A stretch of 62,300 nt of DNA, taken from contig CAZCME010000001.1 in NCBI GenBank assembly GCA_964499705.1, forward strand, positions 134,943 to 197,242. The letters are read 5' to 3'. Positions 1 to 9,776 of this stretch are shown one piece after another (within the stretch, counting starts at the first letter, position 1; every line of letters starts with the position of its first letter). This DNA comes from an uncultured bacterium. Lineage in GTDB: Bacteria; UBA8481. A model generated the notes under the pieces. It had not been told where the DNA came from and did no database searches. It was given only the letters and a program-made list of their open reading frames with translations. A program made the position numbers and the translations under genes.

Positions 1-468
1 CCCAATTCCGCGGTGGATCCACCGCTGGCCATCAGACGAGCGCTCGATGTCATGCGACAGGTCACTCCCACCCCAGGCGATTACCTGGCACCGCAGCAGC
101 AGCCTGACTATGGAGTCGCGGCCGCATGGGACCTGGGCCATGCCATTACCGCGCTCGCCATGCGACCTGCGGTAGCGAGCCCCTATCTCTCGGGAAACAG
201 GGGGCGCGATCTCATGCGGAACATATTCTTTTCCGAGCCGCGCATAGCATCCGAGATTGCGGATAAACATGCGGCGCGTTACCTGCTTCTGACGAAACTG
301 CGAGTGGCCGCAGGACCCGCTCGATCACTCTATGAGCGACTGTATTACGATCATGACACACAACTGGGATGGGATTGCATCTATCAATCACCGGAGATAT
401 TTCGACTCGACGGAGTCGAAGTCCCGGCTGTCCAGATCTGGGAGCGAAATACGGGGACAGTATACTGA
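1..468 (+). CDS. C-terminal part of an STT3/AglB/PglB-like oligosaccharyltransferase (5' end outside window)
   Basis: Frame 1 is open from base 1. GVAAAWDLGHAITALAMRPAVASPY resembles the WWDYG-containing soluble domain of STT3/AglB enzymes. Confidence 0.55.
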   Translation, partial: PNSAVDPPLAIRRALDVMRQVTPTPGDYLAPQQQPDYGVAAAWDLGHAITALAMRPAVASPYLSGNRGRDLMRNIFFSEPRIASEIADKHAARYLLLTKLRVAAGPARSLYERLYYDHDTQLGWDCIYQSPEIFRLDGVEVPAVQIWERNTGTVY

Positions 469-490
469 TTTTCCGTGAAGATATTCACGG
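448..490. repeat. Degenerate copy of the palindromic element at 19967-20032
   Basis: AATACGGGGACAGTATACtgATTTTcCGTGAA matches the left arm at 19967. A residual hairpin CCGTGAA-gata-TTCACGG remains. Confidence 0.75.
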
Positions 491-513
491 GCCGGCGGAG
501 TATCCTCTCGAAC

Positions 514-1926
514 ATGAATGTTCATCGTCTCAAAGAGATCGCTTTCGCGGCGCTCGCGCTTGTCATATTACCGCTATCCGCCGCCCGCGCGGATGAGGAA
601 TGGATCCTGTCGTGGCACGATGAGTTTGACGGGCCCGCGGTCGATACGTCGAAATGGCGCATCGAGGATGCGGCGCTCGTCAAGAATCATGAGAAGCAGT
701 ATTACGCCCCGGATGACGTTTATATCCGGGATGGTGTTCTTGTCCTGCGGTCGCAACACCGCGACATGGGCGGCCGCGCATTCACGTCGGGGCTTGTGGA
801 ATCCAAGAATCTCTTCTCCCAGCGATACGGCCGGTTCGAATTCCGATCGCGACTGCCATATGGCAGGGGAATTTGGCCCGCCAACTGGATGCTCGGCGCG
901 ACGATCGACCAGGTCGGATGGCCGGCCTGCGGCGAGATCGATGTCATGGAACTTCTCGGACACGACACGGCGACGATTTATCAGACGACCCACTGGGGTC
1001 CTCCGCTCCGATCGAGCGGCACGCCCTGCAAGGGCCGTGACTTTGCCGATACGTTTCACATCTTCGCCGTCGAGTGGGAGCCGTTCGAAGTCCGGTACTT
1101 CATCGACAACGTCCTGAATCACAGGGATGTTTCGCCCCGATTCATTCCCGATGTTCCGGCATACATCCTCCTGAACACGGCTGTGGGCGGCGACTGGCCG
1201 GGCGATCCGGACTCCACCACGATCTTTCCCCATTATCACGAGATCGATTACGTGCGTGTGTATCGGCGACCTGGTTCCTATGATTCCCTCGTCCAACTGA
1301 ATACGGTTGCCTCTCATGGGGCGATCCGAACTTCGCCCCAACGACAACTCTTCACGAAGGGCAGCGCGGTGACCATCGAGGCCGTTCCGGATTTCGGTTT
1401 CCGTTTCGCCGGATGGACGGGCGCGCATTTCGGAACGGAGCCATTCGGCGAGCTCGTCATGGACACGGACCGAATCGTCACCGCGAGCTTTGAGATTGAT
1501 CCCGCCTCGGCGCCCCTTCTTTCCAGAGGTGCTGTCTGCCGGGCATCCTCGGAAGAGAGCGATCGCACTCCGGCGGGAAATGTCACGGATGGCGATCCCG
1601 CGACGCGATGGGCATCGGCCTGGTCGGATCCGCAATGGATCACGATCGACCTGGGCGAAATGCGGAACGTGGATATCGTCCGGCTTGCATGGGAGACCGC
1701 TTCGGCCAGGGAGTTCCGTGTCGAGCTCTCCCGCGACGGCGCCGACTGGCGGACGATCCACGAGTCGAGCGAAGGTCAGGGCGGTTTCACGCATATCGGG
1801 AATATCGGCGCGACGGCGAGATACGTCCGCCTGCTCGGAATCCGGCGCAATACACCTTGGGGATATTCGCTCTACGATTTCAATGTCTATGGAAAGGCAT
1901 CAGGAGCCGGTCGCAAGGCGGATTGA
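514..1926 (+). CDS. Secreted GH16 beta-1,3-glucanase/laminarinase-like enzyme with an InlB-B-repeat-like linker and C-terminal F5/8 type C (CBM32) domain
   Basis: Signal peptide (..LSAARA); W.DEFDG; catalytic WPACGEIDVME (ExDxxE); CBM32 motifs TDGDPATRWAS, QWITIDLG, ARYVRL. Start moved to ATG 514. Confidence 0.9.
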   Translation: MNVHRLKEIAFAALALVILPLSAARADEEWILSWHDEFDGPAVDTSKWRIEDAALVKNHEKQYYAPDDVYIRDGVLVLRSQHRDMGGRAFTSGLVESKNLFSQRYGRFEFRSRLPYGRGIWPANWMLGATIDQVGWPACGEIDVMELLGHDTATIYQTTHWGPPLRSSGTPCKGRDFADTFHIFAVEWEPFEVRYFIDNVLNHRDVSPRFIPDVPAYILLNTAVGGDWPGDPDSTTIFPHYHEIDYVRVYRRPGSYDSLVQLNTVASHGAIRTSPQRQLFTKGSAVTIEAVPDFGFRFAGWTGAHFGTEPFGELVMDTDRIVTASFEIDPASAPLLSRGAVCRASSEESDRTPAGNVTDGDPATRWASAWSDPQWITIDLGEMRNVDIVRLAWETASAREFRVELSRDGADWRTIHESSEGQGGFTHIGNIGATARYVRLLGIRRNTPWGYSLYDFNVYGKASGAGRKAD

Positions 1927-1933
1927 ATTTCGA

Positions 1934-1961
1934 TTGACGGTCCTCGCGCCATCGGTATCAT
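1934..1961 (+). promoter_or_regulatory. Putative sigma70 promoter of the btu operon
   Basis: TTGACG-N16-TATCAT directly upstream of the riboswitch. Confidence 0.6.
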
Positions 1962-1974
1962 CCGGTCGATTCAA

Positions 1975-2182
1975 CGCACAGGTGCCCCTTCGGGGGTGAA
2001 ACGGGAAGCCGGTGAAAATCCGGCGCGGTCCCGCCGCTGTAACCGGGGACGAATCTCCGACCCACACGATGTGGGAAGTGTCGCGGGCGCCAGGATGGCG
2101 CAGGAGCGACCATAGCCACTGGACTTATGTCCGGGAAGGCGGAGATGTAGATCGATCCGGAAGCCAGAAGACCGGCCTGAGC
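1975..2182 (+). ncRNA. Cobalamin (AdoCbl, class I) riboswitch
   Basis: AGGTGCCC..GGGTGAAACGGGAAGCCGGTGAAAATCCGGCGCGGTCCCGCCGCTGTAA, then GCCACTGG..CCGGGAAGGC and the B12 box GAAGCCAGAAGACCGGCC. It lies upstream of a TonB-dependent receptor. Confidence 0.95.
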
Positions 2183-2239
2183 GACAACTTGCGTTCCCTG
2201 CGATGGCAAAGTGGGACGGATACGACTCCGATATACGGG

Positions 2240-2275
2240 CGGGGCGTCATGCTGTGCATGGCGCCCCGTTTTTTT
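2240..2275 (+). terminator. Intrinsic terminator, probable expression platform of the cobalamin riboswitch
   Basis: CGGGGCGTCATGC-TGT-GCATGGCGCCCCG followed by T7, between the aptamer and the btuB start. Confidence 0.8.
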
Positions 2276-2329
2276 CGGGTCCTCTCGTCCTGTTCCATCG
2301 TGTGCGAACGTCCCCGATGGAGGGACAGG

Positions 2330-4315
2330 ATGAAGACGAAGGTCGTTACCGGATTACTGTTGGCGTCGGCGATGGTCGGCGTTGCGCGCGCTGACGATAC
2401 CCGTGCGTTGATGCTCGACGACGAGCCCGAGATCGTCATCTCCGCTCCGCGATCCTCGCGCGTGGTCGAAGCGCCTCCGGTTCAACAGGAACTCGTCCAA
2501 CCTCCGAGGGAAATACTTCATACCGGCCGTCCGGTCACCGTGATCAGTTCCGAGGAGATCGAGCGGTCCGGCGCGCGGCAGGTTCTCGAGGTCCTTCGCG
2601 ACGTGCCCGGCATCCGCGTGACGCAGTTCGGGTCCTTTGGCGGCAGAACGAGCGTTTCGTCCCGGGGCGCGGAGACGAGCAATAACCTCGTCCTCCTCGA
2701 CGGCGTCAAGGTGAATGCTCCGGGCGGCGACTACAACTGGAACGCCCTGCCGACGGACAACATCGATCGGATCGAGATCGTCCGCGGACCAGCCGCGTTC
2801 GCGCTCGGCGGAGACGGATCTTCCGCCGTCATACAGATTTTCACCAAGCGCGGTCAGGGTCCGCCGCGTTACACGCTCGCGGCGGAAGCGGGATCTTTTT
2901 CGACATTCTCCGAGGATGTCTCGGGCCTGGGAACGACGGGTCCGGCGAACTGGTCGTTCTCCCTCTCTCAGCTCAACACGGAGGGACATCTTCCGATCAA
3001 TAACGACTACGGCCGGGCTGCCGCATCGGGGCGGATCGATCTTCCGGTTTCCGACCGAACCGACGTGCAGGTGACGTTGAATCACTTCTCCGACAAATTC
3101 GAGATCGCCACGGATGTCGGCGGAGATCTGCTTCCACCATTCTTCCTTGATCCTGACGGCGCCGTGCGCGTGACGTCGACGGCGATGGGCGCGCGCGTGG
3201 AGAGAGAGATGCGCGATAACTGGACCGTCGGGCTCTCGCTCGAAAATTTTCTCGGCACGTCCTTCAATCGCGACCCGCGCGACTCACCGGCGGATGCGAC
3301 GCCGTTCTTTTCGGAGCAGGAGACGCGTCGCCAGTCGGCGGAATTGAGATCGGACCATGAATGGCGAGGATGGAAGATCGGCGTGGGCGGCGAATTCGAG
3401 CGCGAAGAAGTGCATGGCGTCTCGGTTTCCGGAGCGGCACCGACGACGACTCATTTCGGGCGCCTCAACAGCGCCGGATATATCTCGCTGGCCGGCGAGA
3501 TCAGGGAGAACCTCAGCCTGTCAGCGGGCGTTCGCCTGGATGAAAACACGCGCCTCCATCGGGAATGGAGCGCGGGAGGCGGATTGCAGTATCTCTATCC
3601 GCGAACGCGCACGACGCTCCGGCTCTCCGGCGGTCAGGGCTTCAAATATCCGACGATCGCCCAGGTCGCTTCTCAGACCGCGACATTCCTGCCGAATCAG
3701 AATTTGAAAGCCGAACACGAGCTCTCCGGTGAATTCGGAATCGATCAGCCCTTCTGGAATGATCGATGGCGGGCCTCGGTCACCGGATTCTGGGCGCATT
3801 CGAAGGACATGATCGGAAATGTGAGAGTGCCCGGCACAACCGTCTCCACACCCATGAATCTCTCGCGCGTCGAGCGCGTGGGCGCGGAAGCGACTCTCTC
3901 GTTGAAGATCACGCCCCGGTGGAAGATTTCGGGAAACTATACGTATCTCGAAACGGAGGTCAAAGACGCGGGCCCCGTCTCCAGCAACGCGTTCCTTGTC
4001 GGAGACGCGGTCACGCGGCGGCCGAAGCACACGGGAAACGCGACGCTGGCGTACAACGGCGAACGTCTCCGTGGCGAGATCAATGTGAACGCGGTCGGAA
4101 AATCGATCGATCGCGACTTTTCGAACAATCCTGTCTCGTTCCGGCTGTACGTTCCGGGCTACGCCAAGGTCGATGCTTCTCTCGAATACGACATGACAGA
4201 AAATCTGACGCTGACCGCGGCGGGCAACAACATTCTCGACAAGGATTATCAGGAGAATTACGGATTCTCGAATCCTCCCGCGAACTGGCGCGGCGGCGTG
4301 AAATGGAATTTCTGA
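2330..4315 (+). CDS. btuB: TonB-dependent cobalamin receptor
   Basis: Signal peptide; plug motifs VTVISSEEIERSG, LRDVPG, NIDRIEIVRGP; C-terminal GVKWNF; riboswitch upstream. Start ATG 2330 after GGAGGG. Confidence 0.9.
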   Translation: MKTKVVTGLLLASAMVGVARADDTRALMLDDEPEIVISAPRSSRVVEAPPVQQELVQPPREILHTGRPVTVISSEEIERSGARQVLEVLRDVPGIRVTQFGSFGGRTSVSSRGAETSNNLVLLDGVKVNAPGGDYNWNALPTDNIDRIEIVRGPAAFALGGDGSSAVIQIFTKRGQGPPRYTLAAEAGSFSTFSEDVSGLGTTGPANWSFSLSQLNTEGHLPINNDYGRAAASGRIDLPVSDRTDVQVTLNHFSDKFEIATDVGGDLLPPFFLDPDGAVRVTSTAMGARVEREMRDNWTVGLSLENFLGTSFNRDPRDSPADATPFFSEQETRRQSAELRSDHEWRGWKIGVGGEFEREEVHGVSVSGAAPTTTHFGRLNSAGYISLAGEIRENLSLSAGVRLDENTRLHREWSAGGGLQYLYPRTRTTLRLSGGQGFKYPTIAQVASQTATFLPNQNLKAEHELSGEFGIDQPFWNDRWRASVTGFWAHSKDMIGNVRVPGTTVSTPMNLSRVERVGAEATLSLKITPRWKISGNYTYLETEVKDAGPVSSNAFLVGDAVTRRPKHTGNATLAYNGERLRGEINVNAVGKSIDRDFSNNPVSFRLYVPGYAKVDASLEYDMTENLTLTAAGNNILDKDYQENYGFSNPPANWRGGVKWNF

Positions 4316-4316
4316 G

Positions 4317-4853
4317 ATGATCACGGATCAGGTCGTCCGCATCGCACTTTTCGGAGCGGAGTGGGTGATGTGGTTGCTGCTCGCTCTCTCGGTCGTATCC
4401 GTCTGGATCATCGTGGACCGAGGGATGATGCTTCGTTCGGCGCGACCTCAGGTGATCGCCGCCGCGGTCAGGCGTGCACGCGAGGAGGGAATCGAGGGAA
4501 TCGAGCCGCTGCTTGTTCGAGAGCGGCTCCGCATGGAGAACGGGCTCGGGCTCCTGGCCACGATCGGATCGAATGCGCCGTTCGTGGGACTTCTCGGAAC
4601 AGTGATCGGAGTGATCGTCGCGTTTCACGATCTCTCGAAGAATGTCATGGGAGGACCCGGCCTCGTGATGGCGGGAATATCGGAAGCGCTCGTGGCGACG
4701 GCGGTCGGGCTCTTCGTCGCGATTCCGGCGGTCGTCACCTACAACATCTATTCGAGGCAGGTTCGCAGGGTCATGGCCGAGGCCGAGGCCGAGGCGCGCG
4801 ACGTCGTCCTCGAGATGAGATCCACCGGGATTTCCATCATGGCGAAACACTGA
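4317..4853 (+). CDS. exbB: MotA/TolQ/ExbB proton channel protein
   Basis: LATIGSNAPFVGLLGTVIG and GISEALVATAVGLFVAIPA motifs. Confidence 0.92.
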   Translation: MITDQVVRIALFGAEWVMWLLLALSVVSVWIIVDRGMMLRSARPQVIAAAVRRAREEGIEGIEPLLVRERLRMENGLGLLATIGSNAPFVGLLGTVIGVIVAFHDLSKNVMGGPGLVMAGISEALVATAVGLFVAIPAVVTYNIYSRQVRRVMAEAEAEARDVVLEMRSTGISIMAKH

Positions 4854-5287
4854 TGGCCGGCATTCTCCGCGACGACGAGCCGATCTCCGATATCAATGTC
4901 ACGCCTTTCATCGACGTTACGCTCGTGCTGCTGGTCATCTTCATGGTGACGGCGACGATCATCGTCAATCCCGCTATCGCGGTGAAATTGCCGGAGGCTT
5001 CGTCGGCTGACAGCACGAATCCGGAGGAAGCGGTCGTAACCATACTGGCGAGCGGCGCCTATCGCATCGGCGGTCGGCCTGTCGAAGCGGCGGCCCTGCC
5101 CGGCGAGCTTAAATCGCTCCTCGATCGCGCGACACGCAAAGTCGTCCGAATCGAAGCCGACGAGGCCGCGGAGGTCGGGCCCGCGATCCGCGTGCTCGAT
5201 ATCTGCCGCTCCGTCGGAGCCGAAGGAGCTTTCATCGCGACGAGGCCGGTCGCGCAGAATGATGCGGCCGCGGAGGTTGTGAAATGA
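4853..5287 (+). CDS. exbD: ExbD/TolR biopolymer transport protein
   Basis: INVTPFIDVTLVLLVIFMV motif; TGATG overlap with the exbB stop. Confidence 0.92.
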   Translation: MAGILRDDEPISDINVTPFIDVTLVLLVIFMVTATIIVNPAIAVKLPEASSADSTNPEEAVVTILASGAYRIGGRPVEAAALPGELKSLLDRATRKVVRIEADEAAEVGPAIRVLDICRSVGAEGAFIATRPVAQNDAAAEVVK

Positions 5288-6249
5288 AGAAGCGGATTTC
5301 ACTCGCGGTCTCTCTCGTGATTCACGCCGGAGTGATCCTCGCACCGCTCGCCGATCCGGCGCGAGCGAAGATGCTCGATATCGTCGCGGTGACGTTTCCG
5401 GAAAACTTTCCGGTGCCTGCGGCGTCAGCTGACGAACTCCTTGCGGGGATCGATGAGGCGCTTCCCGGTCTGCCGGCCGTTGATGAACCTGACGCAGACC
5501 CTGTCGCCGCGCAGGACCAGATATATTCTGATCCCGCGCCCGCAGTCGAGGAGCCTGCTCAAGCCGTTGCAACGCAAATCCTCGCGCCGCTTCCCGCTCC
5601 GGTTGTCGAGGCGCCCGCGCCTGTCACGGCGAGCGTTCCGCCTTCGGCGGCGACGGCGCCACTTCCCATTGCGGAGCCCGTCCTGCTGTCGCGCGTTTCA
5701 CTGGAGCGAGAGATACTGGCCACGCGCGGAGCGCGAGATGGAGCGGTGTCCGGCGCGACGTCGGCGCCTCGCGAAGCTCAACCGAATTCTGAGGGGATCG
5801 GTTCGAGCGGAGGAGGAATTTCACTTGCCGAGGGTTCCGCGCGCGGTTCTGTCGAAGGCGGGGGAACGCGCGGATTTCCGAGCGCGCCATCAAGATCGGG
5901 TGGTGGCGCCGCACAGGCTGGCGAAATAGGCGGTTCGGGCGGCGGGGGAGCGGGATCGCCGGCGGTCAATCATCTCGCGATCTTCCGCGCCGCGGTCGCC
6001 AGAAAAGTCGGCGCGGAAGCGGAACGCCGATTTCAGCGTCGAGCCGTCCGCGAAGACGAGGGCCTCGTCAAAATCAAAGCGCGCATTCATTCCGGAGGCT
6101 GCATCGAGATCATCGCTGTTCTGGCGGAGAAGCCGCTTCTCTCGGACATCATCGACGACGCGGTGCGAGCCGTCGAGGCCCCCGCCCCGCCGCCGGAACT
6201 CTCGTTGCCGGTCGAGATCTCGTTCCGATTCCGGTTCGTCCTTGAGTAG
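5284..6249 (+). CDS. tonB: TonB-like energy transducer
   Basis: N-terminal TM with SxxxH (SLVIH), Pro/Ala/Gly-rich linker, TonB_C-like C-terminus; follows exbBD. Confidence 0.7.
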   Translation: MKKRISLAVSLVIHAGVILAPLADPARAKMLDIVAVTFPENFPVPAASADELLAGIDEALPGLPAVDEPDADPVAAQDQIYSDPAPAVEEPAQAVATQILAPLPAPVVEAPAPVTASVPPSAATAPLPIAEPVLLSRVSLEREILATRGARDGAVSGATSAPREAQPNSEGIGSSGGGISLAEGSARGSVEGGGTRGFPSAPSRSGGGAAQAGEIGGSGGGGAGSPAVNHLAIFRAAVARKVGAEAERRFQRRAVREDEGLVKIKARIHSGGCIEIIAVLAEKPLLSDIIDDAVRAVEAPAPPPELSLPVEISFRFRFVLE

Positions 6250-6282
6250 CTTGCTCTTGAATAGCGCATCGCGGAGGGGCCG

Positions 6283-7389
6283 ATGATGACCGGCGCCGTG
6301 CGCATCGCCGTCTCCATGCTCGCGGTACTGGGCGTCATCGCGCTCTTCGTTATCCCGGGCGAGGGAGGCACGCCGATTCTCGGCATGCGCCCATACGAAA
6401 CGACGCGGATCGACGATCCCAACGGGCCTGGAGGCGATCCCGCGCCGGACGGATTTCCGAAGCGACTCTTCGATCCTTCCGGCGCCGAACAGATCCTCCC
6501 CGAACCGCCGCGTCGGATCGCGTCGATGAACCTCGGCGCCGACGAGATCCTCTGCGCGCTTCTCGATCACGAGCTCGACCGGATCGCCGGGCTGACAATC
6601 TCCGCGTCCGACACGAGTATCTCGAATTGCTATGATCTCGCCCCGCCGGGCTCCGCGCGTTTCGCCGGCGCGATCGAGAGCGTCATCGAGGTCGAGCCGG
6701 ACCTCGTGATCACGTCGCCCGGCACCCGCGCCGAGATCGTTCGCGCGCTCGTCAGCGGCGATATTCCCGTTGTCCGGTTCGGCCAATGGTCCACGCTCGA
6801 GGATCTGAAAGAGAACATCCGCCTGATCGGCAGAAGCGTCGGGAAGAACGAGCGCGCCGAAGAGATCGTCGGGTGGATGGAGGGGAGGATTCGCATGGTG
6901 GCCGCGCGCGTCGCCGGGCGTCCGCGTCCGCGCGTTCTCTTCTGGAACTCGACCGGTCACACGACGGGCCGGAACACGACGATGGGTCAGATGATCGAGC
7001 TGGCCGGCGGACTTAACGTAGCTGCGGAGGCCGGGATCGATCGCTCGACGCCGCTTCCGACGGAGTTCGCGCTCGCGCTCGAGCCGGATGTGATCCTCTG
7101 CTCGACCCGCTCCGTCGTCCGGACGACCCGCGGCTATGAACCCGCCGGTTCGCCGGCGCGGGAATTTCTCGACGATCCGCGATGGCGCAATTCGCCCGCC
7201 GTGAAGAACCGCCGCGTCTACGCGATCAAAGCGGGGTGGTCGACGTCCGTCTCTCATTACGCCGTCCTCGCGCTGGAGGCGATGGCGCGTGGAATCCATC
7301 CGGAGGCATACACGGACACGGATATGATGTCGGCGGAGGATGCGCTGTATACCGCTCTCCATCCCGATCTCGTGCGGCGGCCGCGATGA
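6283..7389 (+). CDS. btuF: Cobalamin/iron-complex ABC transporter periplasmic binding protein
   Basis: PRRIASMNLGADEIL, EPDLVI, MIELAGGLNV, PAVKNRRVY; context. Confidence 0.85.
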   Translation: MMTGAVRIAVSMLAVLGVIALFVIPGEGGTPILGMRPYETTRIDDPNGPGGDPAPDGFPKRLFDPSGAEQILPEPPRRIASMNLGADEILCALLDHELDRIAGLTISASDTSISNCYDLAPPGSARFAGAIESVIEVEPDLVITSPGTRAEIVRALVSGDIPVVRFGQWSTLEDLKENIRLIGRSVGKNERAEEIVGWMEGRIRMVAARVAGRPRPRVLFWNSTGHTTGRNTTMGQMIELAGGLNVAAEAGIDRSTPLPTEFALALEPDVILCSTRSVVRTTRGYEPAGSPAREFLDDPRWRNSPAVKNRRVYAIKAGWSTSVSHYAVLALEAMARGIHPEAYTDTDMMSAEDALYTALHPDLVRRPR

Positions 7390-8420
7390 AGAGCGCCCGA
7401 TTCGTTTCTGCGACCGTGCTGATCGTCGTGCTTCTGTTGGCGACGCTTCTAGGCGGAGTGCTCATCGGCACCGCGCAGATCCCCGCACGCGTTGGCGCGG
7501 GAGCGCTCGCGAAGGCGCTTGGATTCCCCGTCGCGACGACTTGGCGCCCCTGGGTCGACACGATTATCGTGGACGTTCGCCTGCCTCGCGTGATCGTTGC
7601 CGCGCTCATCGGAAGCGCGTTGGCCGTGGCAGGCACCGCGCTTCAGGGGATCTTCCGGAATCCGCTCGCCGACACCGGCGTCCTCGGAGTTTCGGCCGGC
7701 GCGTCGCTCGGCGCGGTCATCTCGATCTACTGCGGACTCGCCGCCACGACGATGTGGGCCCTGCCGGCCTTTTCCTTCATCGGAGCGACGATCACGACGC
7801 TCGCGGTCTACGCGGTCGCGACGCGTCGCGGGCATACTCCGGTCGGAACGCTTCTCCTCTCCGGCATCGCGATCGGTAGTCTCTGCGTCGCGTTGTCATC
7901 GGGAATTCTGTCGCTCGCCCTGAAGAATTTCGAGGTCGGCAAGATGCTCGTCTACTGGATGCTCGGCGGGCTCGACGGCCGCACATGGGACCATGTTCGG
8001 ATCGTCGCGGGACCGACCCTCATCGGGACGGCGATCATCGCGATGCACGCGCGTGAACTCGACGCGATGCTTCTCGGCGAGGTCCACGCCTCCTCGATCG
8101 GAGTGAACGTGCTGGCCGTCCGACGGCGGCTCATCGTCGCGACGTCGCTGATCACCGGCGCTGCCGTCGCCGTCTCCGGGACGATCGGCTTCGTCGGGCT
8201 CGTCGTGCCGCACATCCTTCGGCTCATTCTGGGTCCGGCTCACGGCCGCCTTCTGCCCGTCGTCGCTCTTTCGGGCGCGGTCTTCGTGCTTCTCGCCGAC
8301 ATGGTCGCGCGAACGCTCATCGCGCCCGAGGAGATCCGGCTCGGCGTCGTGACGTCCGTCGTCGGCGCGCCGTTCTTTCTCTGGTTGCTCGCGAAGAAAC
8401 GCGTCGAGGCCGTGATATGA
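7386..8420 (+). CDS. btuC: FecCD/BtuC-family ABC permease
   Basis: VRLPRVIVA, QGIFRNPLAD, SGTIGFVGLVVPH, GAPFFL; ATGA overlap. Confidence 0.9.
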   Translation: MKSARFVSATVLIVVLLLATLLGGVLIGTAQIPARVGAGALAKALGFPVATTWRPWVDTIIVDVRLPRVIVAALIGSALAVAGTALQGIFRNPLADTGVLGVSAGASLGAVISIYCGLAATTMWALPAFSFIGATITTLAVYAVATRRGHTPVGTLLLSGIAIGSLCVALSSGILSLALKNFEVGKMLVYWMLGGLDGRTWDHVRIVAGPTLIGTAIIAMHARELDAMLLGEVHASSIGVNVLAVRRRLIVATSLITGAAVAVSGTIGFVGLVVPHILRLILGPAHGRLLPVVALSGAVFVLLADMVARTLIAPEEIRLGVVTSVVGAPFFLWLLAKKRVEAVI

Positions 8421-9214
8421 ACGCGATCGATCGCGCGTCGCTTCTTGACGCCCGGGGTGTTCGATTCACATACAATGAAACGCCGGTGCTTGGCGGCGCG
8501 GATCTCGAGATCCGGCGGGGTGAGTTCGTCGGGCTGGTCGGGCCGAACGGCGCGGGAAAGTCGACGCTCCTGAAGTCGATCATCGGAATTCTTGTCGCCG
8601 ACGGTGGCGAGATCAAGCTGGACGGCGAAGATCTGAAGAGACTCACCCGGAACCAGATCGCTCGCCGGGCCGCGTTCGTTCCGCAGGACACCGGAATCGG
8701 ATCGGGCTTCACCGCATACGAGGTCGTCGCGATGGGGCGTTTTCCGTATCTCGGGAGGTTCAAGCCCGAGGGTCCGGAGGATCTCGAGGCGATCGAGAGC
8801 GCGTTCAAGGCCACGGAGACCTCCGCGTTCCGCGATCGTCCCATCAACGAACTCTCCGGCGGAGAGCGCCAGCGTGTCATCATCGCCCGCGCGCTGGCGC
8901 AGGACACTCTTCTCACGGTCCTCGACGAACCGACCGCGAACCTCGACCTGTCGCACCAGATCGAAGTGCTCAGCCTGATGCGGGATCTCTGCCGGAACCA
9001 CGGCCACGCCGCGATCGCTGCGATTCACGATCTCGCGTCGGCGGCCCGGTTCTGCGACCGGATCTCGATCGTGTTCGCGGGGCGGATTGTCGCGACCGGC
9101 CCGCCGCGCGATGTTGTCACTCCGGAGAATCTGAAACGGTATTTCAATGTCCGCGCCGTGGTGCGCGAAGAGAGTGGCCAGCTCATCGTGGTGCCGCTCG
9201 CCGCGGAACGGTGA
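8417..9214 (+). CDS. btuD: Cobalamin/iron-complex ABC ATPase
   Basis: GPNGAGKST, LSGGERQ, LDEPT, HDL motifs. Confidence 0.9.
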   Translation: MNAIDRASLLDARGVRFTYNETPVLGGADLEIRRGEFVGLVGPNGAGKSTLLKSIIGILVADGGEIKLDGEDLKRLTRNQIARRAAFVPQDTGIGSGFTAYEVVAMGRFPYLGRFKPEGPEDLEAIESAFKATETSAFRDRPINELSGGERQRVIIARALAQDTLLTVLDEPTANLDLSHQIEVLSLMRDLCRNHGHAAIAAIHDLASAARFCDRISIVFAGRIVATGPPRDVVTPENLKRYFNVRAVVREESGQLIVVPLAAER

Positions 9215-9367
9215 TTGCGCGGAACGATTCGTCAGGATGTGCGAGCTAGAGGACTGGACGCGACTGGTGGACCATGTCGCGCGCGCTGGTGCCGCCGGCT
9301 CCCTTGGGTGGCCGACATAACAGTCGCGGGATTTCGGCTGGAACAGGCCGAGGAAAGGAAGAAGCTG

Positions 9368-9748
9368 ATGACGCAGGAGGAATTGCTCGCGACGTTGAGC
9401 GAGGCCGTGACGCTGGGGGAGACGATCCTGATCGTCCGGAGCGAAGGCGCGATCGCGGAAGTGGTGGGAGTTCATCGATACAGCCTGTCGGACAGTTGGA
9501 TCACGATCGGCCAGGAGAAAGGTTCGCACATCCACGTGAAGTCGGCGGACGTCGCGGCGATCCGCTTCGTGAATACGTACAACGGAAAGCCCGCGAACGG
9601 CGGCCTGGAAGTGCTCGGCCACGACGATCGCGTGCTCCTCAAGATCGCGTTTCGCTCAACGAATCCCAACGGCAAGAAATACGATGCGGAGTATGCGCAA
9701 CGGGTCAACGATCGGCTCGCGCGATTCGCGTTGCCGGTAACGGCTTGA
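9368..9748 (+). CDS. Small cytoplasmic protein, putative HutX/ChuX/HemS-like fold
   Basis: Purine-rich RBS then ATG 9368. The pattern TILIVRSEGAIAEV..WITIG..HIHVK..IRFV..LEVLGHDDRVLLKIAF resembles HutX/ChuX. Confidence 0.5.
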   Translation: MTQEELLATLSEAVTLGETILIVRSEGAIAEVVGVHRYSLSDSWITIGQEKGSHIHVKSADVAAIRFVNTYNGKPANGGLEVLGHDDRVLLKIAFRSTNPNGKKYDAEYAQRVNDRLARFALPVTA

Positions 9749-9776
9749 ATCTCGACAAGAGATAAAGGAGAAAAAT

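Noticed and set aside
2012-2329. N-terminal extension of btuB in the ORF track
   Set aside because: It runs through the riboswitch and terminator; the signal peptide and RBS point to ATG 2330.
2330-9214. Haem or siderophore uptake as the function of the TonB/ABC operon
   Set aside because: A clear cobalamin riboswitch with terminator precedes it and I see no Fur box. The HutX-like tail genes keep some doubt open.
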